DNA of 34,388 nucleotides, taken from assembly GCA_020050965.1 (NCBI GenBank), contig JAGVJV010000006.1, positions 1 to 34,388 on the forward strand, in the 5' to 3' direction. The stretch comes from Parachlamydiales bacterium. GTDB taxonomy: Bacteria > Chlamydiota > Chlamydiia > Chlamydiales > Rhabdochlamydiaceae. A program made the position numbers and the translations under genes. Below are positions 32,148-34,388 of this stretch, in pieces. Within the stretch, counting starts at the first letter, position 1. Each line of letters begins with the position of its first letter. Under the pieces are notes generated by a model. That model was given only the letters and a program-made list of their open reading frames with translations, was not told the DNA's origin and searched no databases.

Positions 32148-32747
32148 TTAATTTTTGATTCTCATGGTGATTTCTTCTTTTTCCGAGATTTTGATCCCGG
32201 GTATATTGCGAACTCCCTGCTTGACTGCTTCGTCAATTTTTTTCTGGTCTAAGGACAGATATTCTCGAGGGACTAAAGCTTCATTTTCTAATTCCCAACT
32301 CCATTTCTTTACTTGAGTTAGCTTGCCGTCTTCGACAAACATCTCTTTAGATTTTGCAATGAAGGAAGCGTTATTCGTTGATGCGGATTTTTGGAGATAG
32401 TCGTCTAATTTGGCCTTAAGGCTATTTTCGATTTCTTCCAGCTTGGCTTCGTACTCTTTGACGATTTTGTTAATAGCTTTCTGAAAGTCGAGATGGGGGC
32501 GGATGATAGATAATCTTGTTTCATCCAGCTGTTTGCGGATTTTTCTGGCTTGCAGGCTCATGGAGAGCGCCTGGCTGGCGCTTTCCTCGTTCTCAATCAA
32601 ATGATTGGAGGCGCGGGAAATCAGCGGTGTCAGGTCTAGTTTTTTGCCTAGCAATTGAGTGGCTTGCCCGACAGTCATGCCTCCTGCTTGAATGCTCATG
32701 ATTTCATTTTTCTTAATTGCTTCGTTGGCCTCTTCAAAATCGAACAT
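32148..32747 (-). CDS. Siphovirus Gp157-like coiled-coil protein
   Basis: 199 aa with a long helical middle. The C-terminus VKKWSWELENEALVPREYLSLDQKKIDEAVKQGVRNIPGIKISEKEEITMRI resembles the Gp157 family tail. Commonly found next to RecT-type recombinases. Confidence 0.45.
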   Translation of the reverse strand: MFDFEEANEAIKKNEIMSIQAGGMTVGQATQLLGKKLDLTPLISRASNHLIENEESASQALSMSLQARKIRKQLDETRLSIIRPHLDFQKAINKIVKEYEAKLEEIENSLKAKLDDYLQKSASTNNASFIAKSKEMFVEDGKLTQVKKWSWELENEALVPREYLSLDQKKIDEAVKQGVRNIPGIKISEKEEITMRIKN

Positions 32748-32758
32748 GTTTTTACTCC

Positions 32759-32923
32759 TTAGTCGAAAAATAATGTGAACAGGAGGGCGAGAAGGCTTCC
32801 CGCTCCTGTTTTTCTTTGCCTTCCGCCTTTTGTGAGGGGGATTTTAATTTTGCGGGAGAGAGAGCTTTTTGCTGCGCTCAATCCCATTAGTTTTTTCCAG
32901 CTGAAGCCACCTTTGTTATTCAT
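32759..32923 (-). CDS. Small basic tail-anchored protein (54 aa)
   Basis: An internal ATG of track ORF 32759..33061 that overlaps the stop of the upstream gene by 8 nt. MNNKGGFSWKKLMGLSAAKSSLSRKIKIPLTKGGRQRKTGAGSLLALLFTLFFD has a basic head and a hydrophobic C-terminal segment. Confidence 0.4.
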   Translation of the reverse strand: MNNKGGFSWKKLMGLSAAKSSLSRKIKIPLTKGGRQRKTGAGSLLALLFTLFFD

Positions 32924-33227
32924 CGGGGACCGCCTTTTGGATTGTTGTATGGTTGGTTGTACAGAAAGATGGGTGTATGGCTGACTGGCTGTCCAGGTCA
33001 TTGCACTCCCCTTCTTCATATTCGTGCGCAAATTCTTCTTCCCAAAGATCAACGCACTCATCAGAGCAAAAATCTAACTTTGAATCGTATTTTGTTCCGA
33101 GCGAGTTGTCTGAATTAAAATATTCCTCGCACATTGCGCATTCGATGCATCTGGGACCGTACATTTCATCAATCATCCGGTCTGTTTGCGCTTCGTATGC
33201 TATTTGCATTCTGTCGATCCAATCCAT
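32916..33227 (-). CDS. Acidic Cys-rich protein, hypothetical (zinc-ribbon-like)
   Basis: 103 aa. CIECAMCEEYF ... FCSDECVDLWEEEF suggests a CxxC...CxxxC metal site. First gene after the 140-bp gap downstream of the nuclease gene. Confidence 0.45.
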   Translation of the reverse strand: MDWIDRMQIAYEAQTDRMIDEMYGPRCIECAMCEEYFNSDNSLGTKYDSKLDFCSDECVDLWEEEFAHEYEEGECNDLDSQSAIHPSFCTTNHTTIQKAVPDE

Positions 33228-33369
33228 CGAAATTTCTCTTTTTTAGACTTTACCTTTTGTTATACGCAATACGATATGCAATTTCAGGTATTTTGCCTAC
33301 TAGAAAAGCATCATTAAAACCAAAAAAATTAACCTTTGGAGCCTTGTGGGTACATTTTTTTAGTTTTTG

Positions 33370-33927
33370 CTATTTAAAAAAATGAAAGAGCTCGACAGCG
33401 CCCAAGAATATGCGCTCATCTGCTTCGTGGTTGGTATACTCAATGATCTTCGGCATCTTTCCTTCTTTGTCCAAGATCAGGCAGATGCGTCTTGAAATAT
33501 CGATGCCTTGACTGGCTCGCATAAGATACCGATAGGCTGCCGTTTGCAATTGCCATGAAGGGCTTGCTTGCTGAGGAGTTTTTAGATCAACAAGGGTTTC
33601 GGTTTTGTCTCCCTTGATGGTCGCAACCATGTCGAGTTTGCCAGTGATGAGGTACTTGCTGCAGGAAAGCCTCATCTCGCTTACCCAAACCTCTTCAACC
33701 ATTGTGTCAAACCATTGGATGAAGCTCTCAACGTAAGGCCGGCAATCCCCGTCTATTTTTTCAATGAGGAGATTTTGTGTGTACAGTTCGCAGTATTTGT
33801 GGACTCTAGTGCCCCTGTCTGCAGCTTTTGCAAGAACTGCAGGGTCAATTCCATCAAATGATGTATAGGGCTGGAGGACTTCTGTAACCCTGGCATATCC
33901 TGGGGGGATTTCATCTGAATTATTCAT
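33370..33927 (-). CDS. PD-(D/E)XK (Cas4/RecB-like) exonuclease
   Basis: 185 aa. GKLDMV ... LVDLKT ... QLQTAAY matches the D...(D/E)xK...QxxxY core of this nuclease superfamily. Confidence 0.7.
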   Translation of the reverse strand: MNNSDEIPPGYARVTEVLQPYTSFDGIDPAVLAKAADRGTRVHKYCELYTQNLLIEKIDGDCRPYVESFIQWFDTMVEEVWVSEMRLSCSKYLITGKLDMVATIKGDKTETLVDLKTPQQASPSWQLQTAAYRYLMRASQGIDISRRICLILDKEGKMPKIIEYTNHEADERIFLGAVELFHFFK

Positions 33928-33976
33928 TTTGTTCCTTCTCTTTATCGGGTATAAAAAGAGGACAAAGCTGTCCCCT

Positions 33977-34240
33977 TTATTTATCTTTCTTTTTCTTTTC
34001 TAAATCCTTTTCATAAGCAATCGACAGCTTGCGGAATTGCGAGCCTAATTTTTCCAGGTCGACCAGCAACTGCCGGACTCGAAAGAGGCAGGAAACAGTA
34101 TATTTTCCAGATTTTTCACTATCCCTTTTAGCTTTAATCAGGTCGTACTTGAACGTCTCCGTTAATTCAAGAATCTCGCTCATCGAGCTCTCTAGGGTTA
34201 GCGTTTCTAGAAACGCTTTATCTATTTTTTTCCTGTCCAT
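33977..34240 (-). CDS. Hypothetical helical, Lys-rich protein
   Basis: 87 aa. Same strand as the recombination genes. No motif recognised. Confidence 0.45.
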   Translation of the reverse strand: MDRKKIDKAFLETLTLESSMSEILELTETFKYDLIKAKRDSEKSGKYTVSCLFRVRQLLVDLEKLGSQFRKLSIAYEKDLEKKKKDK

Positions 34241-34270
34241 AATTGAGTCCTTTTTTGCTTGAGGAATTGG

Positions 34271-34387
34271 TTAATTTAAGGCTAGCATGATGCCAATCCC
34301 TGTAAAAATTCCTGAGAGGAATAACAGCGGCATAGGAAGAAGCATTTTGCGGAATTCCACCTTTAGGGGGGCTGGTCGCCAAACTTG
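34271..34387 (-). CDS. Partial ORF ending in a hydrophobic segment, hypothetical
   Basis: The frame is open from the window edge to the stop at 34271-34273 (..KMLLPMPLLFLSGIFTGIGIMLALN). The start is outside the window or at an internal ATG. Confidence 0.2.
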   Translation of the reverse strand, partial: QVWRPAPLKVEFRKMLLPMPLLFLSGIFTGIGIMLALN

Positions 34388-34388
34388 A

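Larger units (their letters stand above)
1..34388. mobile_element. Segment of a contractile-tailed phage genome with plasmid-like partition/replication genes (candidate phage-plasmid)
   Basis: Continuous + strand late operon of neck, sheath, tube, chaperone, tape measure, baseplate and fibre genes (256-21696). It is followed by parA/RHH partition genes, primase-helicase, Rep-like gene, an iteron array and a minus-strand RecT module. Overlapping start/stop codons are typical of phage operons. Confidence 0.75.

Noticed and set aside
1-34388. Searched for a lysis cassette, integrase, tRNA and attachment site
   Set aside because: No endolysin, holin or integrase motifs, or cloverleaf-like sequences, were recognised. 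Absence from this window says nothing about the rest of the genome.

Overview
The whole 34.4-kb window reads as one mobile genome: a contractile-tailed (myovirus-type) phage that also carries plasmid-style maintenance genes. From the left edge to about 21.7 kb there is one tightly packed + strand late operon with many ATGA/TAATG start-stop overlaps. It contains neck/head-tail connector genes, a DUF3383-like sheath, a DUF3277-like tube, a tail assembly chaperone pair with a probable -1 frameshift, and a tape measure. A simple baseplate follows (Dit-like, plug, hub, gp138-like spike, gp25/W-like, J-like, DUF2612-like). The fibre region is unusually large (11.9-21.7 kb): two canonical fibre genes plus ten further fibre/spike-type ORFs in four paralog families. 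These include two beta-helix tailspikes, two C1q/TNF-like proteins and three tandem copies of an unrecognised internally duplicated protein. After a weak terminator-like hairpin comes a CoiA-like nuclease gene with its own promoter-like signal, then a repeat-rich intergenic region. Next are a divergent RHH regulator, parA with an RHH ParG-like partner, a fused primase/DnaB-like helicase and an orphan Rep-like protein with a C-terminal HTH. A 1-kb array of six full and several partial 40-bp direct iterons follows. The right end carries an APH-family kinase gene, a small lipoprotein gene, and a minus-strand recombination module (PD-(D/E)XK nuclease, Gp157-like, RecT). No integrase, lysis cassette, tRNA, CRISPR array or reverse transcriptase was recognised in the window. 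All functional calls come from motif recognition by eye and gene order, not from database searches.
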